Positions 1-18,130 of a DNA stretch of 64,000 nt are shown piece after piece (position 1 is the stretch's first letter; each line of letters starts with the position of its first letter). This DNA is from the human T2T-CHM13v2.0 reference genome, Homo sapiens. The position numbers and the translations under genes are program-made. The notes beneath the pieces were generated by a model that was not told where the DNA came from, did not search any database, and saw only the letters and a list, made by a program, of their open reading frames with translations. The stretch lies in NCBI RefSeq assembly GCF_009914755.1, contig NC_060943.1. The stretch is one strand, 5' to 3'.

Positions 1-460
<460 letters not shown>

Positions 461-539
461 TCCTGTAGCATCATCTTTGCCAAACAATTAATCCAAAGAT
501 TTAGCAACATCTTTACCAAACAATTAAACTGGGCATCAC

Positions 540-1526
<987 letters not shown>

Positions 1527-1597
1527 TGAGAAGATAAAAATCTTAAAGCCATCAAGTCAGAGACTGGATAGGGTTTGGATTAGAATACCAAAATGTT

Positions 1598-1889
1598 GGC
1601 TGGTCGTGGTAGCTCATGCCTGTAATCCCGGCACTTTGGGAGGCCGGGGTGGATGGGTCACCTGAGGTCAGGAGTTTGAGACCAGCCTGGCCAACATGGT
1701 GAAACCCCATCTCTACTAAAAATACAAAAATTAACCAGGTGTGGCGGTGCACACCTGTAATCCCAGCTACTCAAGACGCTGAGGCATGAGAATCACTTGA
1801 ACGCGGGAGGCAGAGGTTGCAGTGAGCCGAGATCGTGCCACTGCACTCCAGCCTGGTCAACAGAGTGAGATGCAGTCTCAAAAAAATAA
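1598..1889 (+). mobile_element. Alu (S-like) with TSD
   Basis: TSD agaata(c/t)caaaatgtt at 1582 and 1890. Confidence 0.92.
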
Positions 1890-2321
1890 AGAATATCAAA
1901 ATGTTAGAATTCTAGAATCTTAGAACTTCAGACCCTTAGTGTGTCAACATCATAGGGGATTAAATCTCAGAATCTTGGAAAAACTGTGCTGTTTAGGGTT
2001 CTCAGAGATCACGTTTAGTTTGGAGAAACTAAGGCTCACAGGTGTGAACCTGTGGGAAACTTAGAAAAAGAAAAAGGCTTTCCTTCTTCAAGACACTTAT
2101 TTCCATAAGTCAGAAAACTCTTATAATAGAAATGCAAATCTACAATGTCCACTATGAAGAGAGCTTCCTCAGATATGGTGGTTTTATGCAGTGCACAGCT
2201 TCAACAACTGTACATGGCAGACCTGCCTGCTCAGACTGAGGCAGGAACTTGCCCAAGGAACAGGGTCCAGGGCTAAGCTCGGAGTGGAACCCAAGTCTCC
2301 TTCCTCCCAGTCTTTGGCCTA

Positions 2322-3051
<730 letters not shown>

Positions 3052-3304
3052 TTATCCCAGGAGGTGACACCTGTACTCACTTCCTTCTGCAAAGCCTCAG
3101 GGCTCTAGATGGGGACAGTGCGGACCAGGGGTGGGTAGGAGTGGAAAGGTGAAAAGATAGTTGAAAGCAGGCCCCAATATGGTGAATGCAGTTCCCTCAA
3201 CTGAGGGCATGTGGATGATATGGTGCACTGGGAGAGGATGGACCGAGTGGCCAAAGGGATCCCATGCTGCAGGGTGATGGAACAAAGACCTGTGAACAGC
3301 TGCA

Positions 3305-3448
3305 TTTTGTTTTGTTTTGTTTGAGACAGTGTCTCACTGTGTCACTCAGGCTGGAGCACAGCACACCATGCACCTGTAGTCCCAGCTACTTTGGAGGCTG
3401 AGGTGGGAGGATCAGTTTAGCCCAGGAGGTGGAGGCTGCAGTAAGCCA
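3305..3448 (-). mobile_element. Alu right-arm fragment with internal inversion
   Basis: Minus-strand tail 3305-3368 joined to plus-strand internal segment 3368-3448. Confidence 0.75.
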
Positions 3449-3650
3449 GGAAGGCTGGGGTGGGCAGGGTAGGAAAGGTGGATGGAGATGGGCAGACAAA
3501 AGGATCCTGGACTGACTGAGGTGGAGGGAAAGACCTGCAAATGTCCAAGCGCTGGAAAGAGAAGTGATGAGGGCAGAGAGGGAAGAAGACTGGCTACAAA
3601 AAGCAGCCAGGCACACAGTGGTGGAACTCAAGATCGATGAAACAGAGAAC

Positions 3651-4049
<399 letters not shown>

Positions 4050-4199
4050 TTAAAGGGATGAGGGATTGGCTGCTGCTTGATGGCAGAACCAAAGATCTGG
4101 GAACAGTTCAGCCTCAGCTGTACCCCAGGGAGAAGATTAAAGGGGGATGTGTCAGGCTACTGAGCAGGTAGAACCTCTGAAAAGCTCAGCCATTGGCCC

Positions 4200-5175
4200 T
4201 CTTTCTCCCTGTCTCCTGATTTATTTTTCTTCACAGCTCCTACCACTACCTGGCATTTTTATGTAATCAGTGTTTACTTCCTAACTGCCTGTCTTTCCCA
4301 GGAGAATGTCAGCTCCATTTGGGCCGGGACTTTATGAGTTTTGTTCACCACTAGTCGCCGGTGCCAGATCTGTTTGTTTCTTGCACATAGTAGACACATG
4401 ATAAATGTCATTATGGGAAAGGGGAGACTTGTGCATGAATTAACAACACATACTGTTCAAAGCATGATGTAGGCTGGTGAAAATCATTGAAAAGAACATA
4501 CTGTAAAGCTATAAGTCTTAAAATAGTGTGTCATGGACAGAAGAACTACAAATAGATGAATTTTGTGGGCCACATGAGGACAGAGATCTTATCTATCTTG
4601 GTTATTGTTCTAGGTTGATCCCCTAAATAAAGACATCTGGCACACAGTAGGTGCTCAGGAGGAACTGTTGAATGAGAGAATATCACAGATTTGCAAGGAG
4701 AGGGGTAAGGAGAGGGACTGGGGCTGTGAGATATGGTAGAGGGTGATGGGTGGGTTGCTTTATGGCACAACCAAAGACCTTTAGCCATCGTCTCTCTCCT
4801 CCACTCCTATTTTATTTTCCTCCATAGCACTTATTGCCACTTCAAGTTTTTATATGTTTAGTAGTTTATATCCTCATTGCAATTTGAGGGCAGGGACCTT
4901 AGCTGCTTGTTCCCATGGTATACCCATTGGCATACAGTGCATGCTCAATAAGCATTTTTACTTTAGTAATGGTGGGAGAAGGCTTGTTCTACCAGGTAGC
5001 AATACACATAATGGAGCTATAATAATTAAAACAGTGTGGCACCAGCACAAAACCACAGAAATATAAAGAATGCAGGAGGAGTGGTGTGAAGACTGAGAGT
5101 TTGTCTCATTCATCATGTGCACTGAGTGCCTGGAGGCAGCACCTGGCACATGGTAGGTGCCCACTAAACATTAAT
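4200..5175 (+). mobile_element. Several L2 3'-end fragments
   Basis: Repeated (cctg)gcacatagtaggtgctca...aatg-like tails at about 4380, 4635, 4930, 5140. Confidence 0.55.
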
Positions 5176-5182
5176 GTTCCTA

Positions 5183-5525
<343 letters not shown>

Positions 5526-5776
5526 CCAGAGGTAGATAATGAAGGCGGGAGGTGTAGCCTTCGGATAGCCATGCTCTCTGCCTGGCCCAGAGGTGTGTGC
5601 CCCACGTCTAGAGCAGCGCCTGGCACAAAGCAGGCTCTCAGGAATGAATGAATGAACAAATGAACCAATGAATCCTGCAGGAGTCAGTTGGGAGGCGAAG
5701 AGCCTGGAGGCCGCCGGACGGCGGGACCCACGGCCTGCGCCAGCCCCCTGCACACCCCCCACCCCGGGGGACCCAC

Positions 5777-6441
5777 CTGTACTCGTAGTCGGAGCCCGCC
5801 TTGGCAGAGCCGTCCTCAGTGCGGTAGTCCACGTAGAAGGTGCTGTTGCCCTCGCCGCCCTGGCACGTGACGGACAGCAGCACGGAGCCGCAGTTCTCCA
5901 GGCAGTGGTAGAGGCTAGGCTCGAAGAAGATGCGGCTGGCGCCGTCGTCTTCGTCCTCGCCCGCGCCCTCGGCCGGCGCCGCCCTGCGCGAGGCGTCCGC
6001 CGCGTGTCTGCGCAGCACGTTCCCGGCGCCGGTCATCAGCCGCGTGGCCTGGATGCGGTAGAAGGCGCGGCTCTTCTGCTGGTGCAGCAGCGCGTAGTAG
6101 TTGGCGATGCCCACCAGCTGCTCCAGATCCTTGTCCGGGTGCTTCTGCTTGAGGTCCTTGAGGATCTGGATGACCTCGCGGCGGCTGGCGTCCAGCTCGC
6201 GCGCCTCGGCGGGGCCCGGGCCCAGGCCGCCCAGCTCACCTGGGGCCTCGGCGCCCACGAACGTGCCGTCCAGCTCGATGCTCTTCGGGGGGTCGCCCTC
6301 GGCGCCTATGATGATGCCGCTGCGTGGGTCGGTGCGGTAGCGCTTGTACACGTACTTGTAGAAGAGCAGCCGCTTGTCGGCCATCCAGGCGAATACCACG
6401 CACACCGGGAAGAAGACCAGGGTCAGCAGCGCCTCCCACAC
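5777..6441 (-). CDS. SLC8A2: SLC8A2 (NCX2) coding exon 3: TM5, XIP region, start of Calx-beta CBD1; gene continues left of the window
   Basis: [36 protein letters not shown]...[20 protein letters not shown]; ccgcag|GTG acceptor and AG|GTGGGT donor; 665 nt; CpG-island-like. Confidence 0.97.
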
Positions 6442-6579
6442 CTGCGGGCGGCGGGCGTCAGGGCGAGGCCGGGCGGGCCGCCTTCTCCCTCCCCGCCTCT
6501 CTGTCTCAGTCTCTGTCCGCCTCTGCCACTCCTCATCTCTCTCCCCAACCCCCAACCCCGCCCCGTCGTCTCTCCCTAT

Positions 6580-6990
6580 CCCTTTCTGTTTCTTTTTTTT
6601 CTTTCTTTCTTTCCTTTCTTTCTTTTTCTTTTCTTTTCTTTTCTCTTCCTTCCTTCCTTCCTTCCTTCTTTCTCTCTCTCTTTCTTTCTTTCTTTTTTTT
6701 TTTATTTGAGACAGAGTCTTTCTCTGTAGCCCAGGCTGGAGTGCAGTGGTGCAGCCTCGGCTCACTAAACCTTGAACCTTGGCCTCCCGGGTCCCGGTTC
6801 AAGCAGTTCTCCTGCCTCAGCCTCCCGAGTAGCTGGGATTACAGGCATGCGCCACCATGGCCAGCTAAGTTTTGTATTTTTTTTAGTAGAGACGGGGGTT
6901 CACCATGTTGGCCAGCCTGGTCTTGAAATCCTGACCTTGTGATCCTCCCACCTCGAGCTCCCAAAGTGCTGGGATTACAGGCGTGAGCCC
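6580..6990 (-). mobile_element. Alu with expanded (CTTT/CCTT)n tail
   Basis: Alu consensus 6705-6990; tail-derived repeat 6580-6705. Confidence 0.9.
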
Positions 6991-8357
6991 TGTCTCTTTG
7001 TTCATCTCTGCCTCTCCCCATCTCTCTCTCCTCCCCACTCCCCGTCTCTCCCCACCTCTTTCTGACTGTTCATCTCTGCCTCCCCCCATGTCTCTCTCCC
7101 CTCTCCCCCAAGTTCTGTTCCCCCCATTTCTCTCTCTCCCTCTTCTTTCCCCATCTCTCTCCATCTCAATCTCTGTTCATCTCTGCCTCTCCCTGTCTCT
7201 CTTTCCTCCCCTCTCCCCGTCTCTCCCCACCTCTTTCTGTCTCTCTTCATGTCTGCCTTTCCCCATCTCTCTCCCCCGAGTTCTCCGTTTCCCCCCATTT
7301 CTCTCTTTCCCTCTCCATCTTGTTCTGTCTCTGTTCATCTCTGCCTCTCCCCCACTTCTCTCCTCCTCATTTCTCTCTCCTTTCCGTCCCTCTCTTAGTT
7401 TCTCTCAACCTCCCTCTTGTCTCTGTTCATCTCTGCCTCTCCCCATCTCTCTCCCCCCATTTCTCTCTCTCCTTCCCCCCATCTCTTTCTATCTCTGTCC
7501 CTCCCTTTTTGTCTCTGTTTGGCTCTTGCCTCTCCCCATGTCTGGACGTGTCTCCATGTCCTGTTATATCCTGGTAGATCTCCATCTCCCTCCCTTGTGA
7601 GTTTCTTTCTTTTTCTCTCTCAATACCTGTGTTTCTCCAGAGCTAATTTTTTCCCCTCTCCCGTCACCGTTTCTCTCTCTCCTTTCCCTTGTCCTTCTCT
7701 TAGTTTCTATTTCCCTCTTGTCTCTGTTCACCTCTCTCTCCCCATCTCTCTCTCTCCTTTCTCCCACCCCTTTCCATCTTGTTCTGTCTGTTCGCCCCCT
7801 CTGTCTCTGTCTCTGCTCATCTCTGCCTCTCCCTATCTCTCCCCACCCCCTTTTCTCTCTCTCTCCTTGCTCCCGTTCCTCTCCATCTCTGTCTCTCTGT
7901 TCCTCACTTATTCTCTATTTCCCTCTCATCTCTGTTCACCTCTGCCTCTCCCCATCTCTCTCCCTCCCCTTCCTCCCATCTCTTTTTAACTCTGTCCTCC
8001 CTTTTTGTCTGTGGCCTCTCCCCATCTCCCCCACATTTCTCTCTCTCCATCTCGTTCTCTCTCTCTCTGTCCCTGTTCGTCTCTGCCTCTCTCCATCGCT
8101 CTCTGCGTGTGCTGCTGTCTCTTTCCCTCCTTGCCTCTGTCTCAGCGGTTTTCTTAGCCTTTCCTCCTCCTCTGTCTCTCTCCCTGGCTCCCTCTCTTTT
8201 CTTGTTGCCTCGGTCTCCTTGGCTCCATCTCCTTCTTTTGTATCTATTGGTAGATATCTATTTCCCTCCCTTGTGAGTTTCTTTCTCTTTCTCAGTATCT
8301 GTGTTTCTCCAGAGCTACTTTTCTCTCTCTCCCTCCCTCTCTCTCTTGCTCCCCATC
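6990..8357. repeat. 1.4-kb CT-rich degenerate tandem repeat (unit about tctctgttcatctctgcctctccccatctctc)
   Basis: Recurring gttcatctctgcctctcccc units; about 70-bp duplicated block at 7572 and 8248. Confidence 0.9.
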
Positions 8358-8670
8358 TCTGTGTGTGTGCACGTGCGTGCGCGTGTGTGCGCATGTGTGA
8401 GCGTATGTGCATGTGTATATGTGTATGTGCGTGTGTGTGTCCTGTGTGTGCGTGCTTGTGTGTGCATGTGTGTATGTGTATGTGCGTGTGTCCATCTGTG
8501 TGTGTGTCCTTCTGTGTGTGTGCATGTGTGTGTGTGCATGGGTGTGTCCTTCTGTGTGTGCGCGCATGTGTGTACGTCTGTGTGTGTATGTGTACGTGTG
8601 TGTCCATCTGTGTGCATGTGTGTGCATGTGTGTCCATCTGTGTGTGTGTGTGCGCACATGTGTGTATGTG
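8358..8670. repeat. Degenerate (TG)n/(TGCA) purine-pyrimidine repeat
   Basis: Read directly. Confidence 0.92.
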
Positions 8671-9244
8671 TTCTCTTTCTCTCCTAGTCTCTTCATCCAT
8701 CTATCCACCTTTTAGATGCTGAGAACCATGCCCAGCTGCCCAGGTGCCAGGAACCCGGACATCCTCATCCACTACCAAGCAACAGACAATCCCCACCCTG
8801 TGGTCCCAGCTGCTGTCAAGGGACAGAGCCTGTGTGTCTTCTGGCCTCTCTCTCCCTCCATCTTTTTTCTGCCTGCTCCATTTCTCCCCCATCACCTGGG
8901 GGTGCCTCCACTTCTCCAAACCTCGCCCATCATCCAGGGCCTGCTCTCTGTTCACCCAAACGCCCTCAGTGCCCCACCCATGACCCCTACCAGTGCCTCC
9001 TTAGCATTTGCCTGGCCCTCATGGACAGGCTGTGTCTCTAACAGAGACACACATCTGGCTCTTCTGCCTCATAAAACCAGTTCCCATGCACAGCCAGGGC
9101 AGCTCTGAGTTGGGAGCCTGGCTTTACCACAGGGATGGCTGTCTCATCTCTTGGTCTATACAATGGGGACATTTCCAAGACTGAATGAGCACCTGCATTC
9201 CTAGTGCACAGCATTCTCAGTTTCTGACACATGGAAAAGACTCA

Positions 9245-9636
<392 letters not shown>

Positions 9637-9748
9637 TCAGTCTGCTGGTGGCCCAGCACAGGCCTGGCACATGGAAAGCATCCACCAAGACTCGAGGGTT
9701 TGCCTTGAAGATATTCATGGAAAGACTCAAATGTTACCTTTCTCATCA

Positions 9749-10385
<637 letters not shown>

Positions 10386-10785
10386 TTAAAAATGAGCCTG
10401 GTAGGAAAAATATCTAAGATCCAGTTGCCACACCTGCTATCACTGTGTTTACTGCTGGCTCAGAGAACAGTCAAGACTTGCAAATAGTAAAACTGCATGA
10501 AGCCAACAGGCAGATTTGGGAAAAGGAGCCGAATGTTCAGCGCAAGCTGTGAAATGAACTCTCTCCCTTGTATTAATTGAACCTACCATTATGTATATTG
10601 CAAGGAAGTCTCTATTCATCAGAAGACAATCCCAAACCCCTAAGATTTTCCTTCCTCCCTGCAGGTCAATAAAAAGTGATTCTAGCCGATTCACAATGTC
10701 TTTCTAGAGCACCCACTAAGAATGTGTCCAGCCTGGGAGGGCACTGTGACATTTTCAGGTCTCAGTGGAGCAGGCACACCCCTGA

Positions 10786-11754
<969 letters not shown>

Positions 11755-11900
11755 TGAAGTATTTTCCTGTATGGTTTAACATACTGCAAATACACTTGTT
11801 TTAAATCTCGTGGCTACCTGCTCCTCTGCCTAGACTTCTTGCATGCAATGGTTTCTGATCTTTTTCTTTCTCTGAAGCCCAGCTTATTCATTATAAATAG

Positions 11901-12285
<385 letters not shown>

Positions 12286-12300
12286 GAAACCTTTTCTTTA

Positions 12301-12550
12301 GGCAGGGCACAGTGGCTCACGCCTGTAATCCCAGCACTTTGGGAGGCTGAGGCGGGCAGATCACTTGAGGTTGGGAGTTCGAGACCAGCCTGGCCAACAT
12401 GACAAAACCCCGTCTCTACTAAAAATACAAAAATTAGCTGACGTGGTGGAACACACCTGTAATCTCAGCTACTCAGGAGGCTGAGGCAGGAGAATCGCTG
12501 CCTCAGAGCGACAGAGAAAGACTCTGTCTCAAAAAAAAAAAAAAAGAAAG
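12301..12550 (+). mobile_element. Alu with right-arm deletion
   Basis: TSD agaaa(c/t)cttttcttta. Confidence 0.88.
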
Positions 12551-12629
12551 AAATAGAAATCTTTTCTTTATAACACAGTTTGGACATTATACTGACTTTT
12601 TGGGAAGCCAAATGCATAGGGGAGTTTGT

Positions 12630-12880
12630 TAATGAATAGCTAACATTTACTCTGTTTCAGGCAGACTATTTTAAGTCTTTCCACACGGAACAATTCAGTT
12701 AATCCTCATGGTAGCCCTATGAAGTCAGCACTCTCATGATCCCCATTTTACAGTTGAGGAAACTGAGGCCTGGAGAAGATAAGGAACCTGCCCTAGGTCA
12801 CACAGTGAGGGAATGGCAGAGGTGGGATTTGAACCCAAATCTCTGGCTTCAGGTGCATGGATCAAACTCTGAGGCCACAA
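12630..12880 (-). mobile_element. MIR
   Basis: ccccattttacagttgaggaaactgaggc...ggtcacacag...gggatttgaaccca core. Confidence 0.8.
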
Positions 12881-12974
12881 GATCTCTCTTTGATTACCTA
12901 AGAATTTCATATCAGCAGAAATAAAGGGGATGTAACAAAATATCTGTTATATTCTCCTTTCTTCCTTTTCTTTC

Positions 12975-13262
<288 letters not shown>

Positions 13263-13599
13263 TCAAAGGCCTTTCTGAAAGCCTAAGTCAGGACACCATT
13301 CATTTTAACAGCACCTTAAACTGTACGATATATCACTGCACACTTTTCACCATGGCAGATGGGAAACTCTCTCCTCTTTCTCTCTCCCTCTTTCAGGAGC
13401 CCTGTCTTCTGGTGCCACTGTCCTCCCCTTTCCTCACTGTGGCTTCTGATCCCTCTGTTATATATCCTCCTTCACAGAAAACCCACAAGGCATTTTTCTA
13501 TCTCTAGCTTCAGATCCTTCCTGGGAAGAAACTGTAACTGGCAGAAACCTGACAGATAGGCAAAAATAGATTACACACATGTGTGAATGAATCCTGGAC

Positions 13600-14170
13600 A
13601 CCTGCAAATAAATTATGCATGTGTGTGACTGAATTAGGCCAGGCCCATAAATAAATTATGCAAATGTAGGAGGCAGTCACGGGGTTGTGGGAAATACATT
13701 AGGCAAACGTTGTCAAGGAAGACTACATAGTATGCGAGTTAAGACATGGGGTGAGCGAAAGGCTAATGATTATGAGAATATAGGTATAAATTATGCAGCT
13801 GTGGGTCTAAATTTTGTCTCACTATTGGAATAAATTATGCAAAGTGGTCACAGGGCTTATATTGATGTTGGGTTGGATGGGAGTATACATTACACTGAAG
13901 TGGCATAAATTATCCCAACATCAGAAATTGATGATGAATAATGAATGAATTATGCAAACCGTGATTACATATCTGGCAAATGGCTAAATTATGCAGATGT
14001 AGGTATATATCTATGCGAGCCCATGGATAAATTATGCAAATTGCACTAAGTTACTCAAGCCAATTAGCAATGTCAGAAAACACTAGGCTGGATTATATGC
14101 AAGGGTAGTATGAATTATGCGAATGGAGGATGTCTTATTGCAAAAGCGGGAATCAGTTATGCAAAAGGTA
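13600..14170 (+). promoter_or_regulatory. Cluster of POU/octamer-type TAAATTATGCA(AAT) motifs; candidate intronic enhancer or degenerate ~21-22 bp repeat
   Basis: Exact TAAATTATGCA at 13609, 13652, 13787, 13831, 13985, 14028; perfect ATGCAAAT at 13658 and 14034. Confidence 0.6.
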
Positions 14171-14579
14171 GGGAGTGTAGGAAAACATGTGAACATACGT
14201 AGCATGCATTACACAGATCACAGGGGCTCCGTTAGTACATACAACACCCTTTTGGGAGCTAAAAGGTGCCCCTTCCAAGTGAGTGTACTGTTCTTAAGTG
14301 CAAAACAGTGCGTCCCTCTGGACAAATAAATGTTTGCTGCACCCTCCAGAGATATGGCTGGGTAGCATCAGCAGGACTCCAGCCCCTCCAGCAGGACTTG
14401 CCCTGTTTGGCTCAATTCCCTTGTGTAGTCTGGTGACCTGCACAACCGTACTTGGCAGCCCTCTCAGATGTGAGTGTGCATTTCTGCAAATACAGCAATC
14501 AACACTCCAAGCCAAGAGCACCTCTCTGGATTTTGCAGACACACATGCACCAAGAAAGCATCTATGCGTCTTTGCTCAC

Positions 14580-15254
14580 CTGGACCACACCGGGGGAAAA
14601 AACAGCAAGGATGAGATAAAGCCAGACATAGGCGAAGATGCTCCAAGAGGCAGTGACAAAGAAGACTCTCAGGTGCTTGATCTTGCGGCTCTCGCCGGCT
14701 GGGATGACGTAGATGCACACGGCGATGACCACAAACATGTTGAAGGCAGCGCTGCCCACGATGGTGCCTGGGCCCAGCTCACCCGCCTGGAAGTTGTGGC
14801 CGCAGACTTCGATGACTGACAGCAGGATCTCAGGTGCGGAGGAGCCCAGGGCCATGAGCGTGAGGTTGGACACCGTCTCATTCCAGATGCGAACGGTGCC
14901 CACGCTGGTCTCACCGTTGGCCTTGGTGATGGTGATCTCCTTCTCTTTTGACGTGATGACCTCGATGGCCGCCATGAAACGGTCGGCGATGATGGACACT
15001 CCCAGAAACATGTAGACCATGGCCACAAAGTACACCACTGCCCGTGCCGCCTTGTCACCCAGCGACGGGTCGTCGGGCTCCCACACGGGCAGCAGCACCC
15101 CCGGCTGGCAGCGGTAGGACCCCTGGCAGCCCCCTGTGCTGGTGTCGCTGTCATTGGCCGGGGGAGGCGGCAGGGAGGGGGTTGGGGTGGCTGCCCCGGA
15201 GCATGGGGGAGCCGCCAGGAGGAGTGTGACCCCCACCAAGGCCAGGGGAGCCAT
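14580..15254 (-). CDS. SLC8A2: SLC8A2 first coding exon (exon 2, starts at 15270): signal peptide, TM1-4, alpha-1 repeat
   Basis: MAPLALVGVTLLLAAPPCSG...LTLMALGSSAPE...GTIVGSAAFN...SPGVVQ; 675 nt; acceptor atag| at 15271-15272; donor CAG|GTGAGC. Confidence 0.97.
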
Positions 15255-15469
15255 GGGGGGTGGTGGGGTCCTATGGGGGAGGAGGAGGAGGTCTGGGTGA
15301 GGGAAGCAAACCTCTTTCTGTCATACAAAGGTCAAAGCTCATTGGGGAAGGAGGGTTGGGGGAGAAGCTGAGGACCAATGCAGGCAGGATGGGGACTGAG
15401 GGCGACAGAGACACAGAGAGTGACAGACAGAGACCCACAGAGAGAGAGAGACTGAAAGATAAGGACAGA

Positions 15470-16135
<666 letters not shown>

Positions 16136-16559
16136 GCAAAATTCACTGAGAGGCAGGGAGCAGGAGGCTCTGAGTTTGTTAGGAGATTCAAATGGTCTCC
16201 AACTCGGCCCTTTGAAAGCTCTTGCTCAGGATTTGGGCTGTGGCGGGTGTTGGGCCGTGTTTGTCTGTTTCAAGTGGGGCTGGGGAGGGGTTGCTGGAGG
16301 GTCTCATTCATGTCCCTCCCCAAGGTGGTAGCAGGCATCAGTCTCTCCAGCTTCCCTGTGTCTGACCTGAGGTTTTCCCCAGGCTCTATAAGTGGTGCAG
16401 TTCCTTAGGGGCTGTGACATCTAAGACCCTGTGCTGGGCTTTCTGTCCCATTTGTGGGTGTGGGGGTTCTACTGTTTCATTATTTCTCTCCCTACCTCTG
16501 GTGCTGAGTTTGAGTGGCTATTACCGTGTCTTATCTGGGTTTCCTTTTAAAACACAAAT

Positions 16560-17659
<1,100 letters not shown>

Positions 17660-17960
17660 TGACTCTGAGCTCCTCCGCCCCACCCTCATGTTGCCATGGT
17701 AACCCAGTGGCTTATCAAAAAGAGAAGGAGAGAGGAAGAGAGGTGTCCTGGGAACCTCCACCCTCCCAGACCCCTCTGCCACCAGCCTCATTTCTTCCAG
17801 GGGCTTCCATTTGCTTGAAAAGTTCTTCTGAGAGTCTAACCCACAGCCTGTCCCCAACTCACACCTACATACCCATGGGCTGGGAGCTGGCTCCTCTGGG
17901 GGAGGGAGGCAGCGTGTTGGCAGAACTTCCCAAGAAGGAGAGAGCAAGCGAGGAGCATGC

Positions 17961-17962
<2 letters not shown>

Positions 17963-18005
<43 letters not shown>
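17963..18005. repeat. (GT)n microsatellite
   Basis: Read directly. Confidence 0.95.
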
Positions 18006-18008
<3 letters not shown>

Positions 18009-18050
18009 GCAAGGGTGGGGGAGAGGGGTGATTCTTAAAGGGCCACCGCA

Positions 18051-18130
18051 CAATTAGCCCCCTCAGCAAGGCCCCTAATGATACGTCTAATTAGCAGCCC
18101 CCTAATTAGCAACAACTTAGGCATAATTAC
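18051..18130. promoter_or_regulatory. Homeodomain TAAT/CTAATTAG motif cluster in SLC8A2 intron 1
   Basis: CAATTAGC 18051, CTAATG 18075, CTAATTAGC 18087 and 18102, GCATAATTA 18121 in GC-rich background. Confidence 0.5.

Noticed and set aside
5668-6729. 353-aa plus-strand ORF
   Set aside because: Antisense shadow of GC-rich SLC8A2 exon 3 running into a CT repeat and Alu; no independent coding signature
5638-6765. 375-aa ORF as a single-exon gene
   Set aside because: Only 5777-6441 is exon; the N-terminus is Alu and poly-purine repeat
6983-8722. ORFs of 165-334 aa rich in S/L/P or C/V/H/T
   Set aside because: Translations of stop-poor CT and TG repeats
13600-14170. CRISPR-like repeat-spacer reading of the motif fields
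   Set aside because: Human DNA; repeats are short and degenerate with irregular spacing and no cas genes
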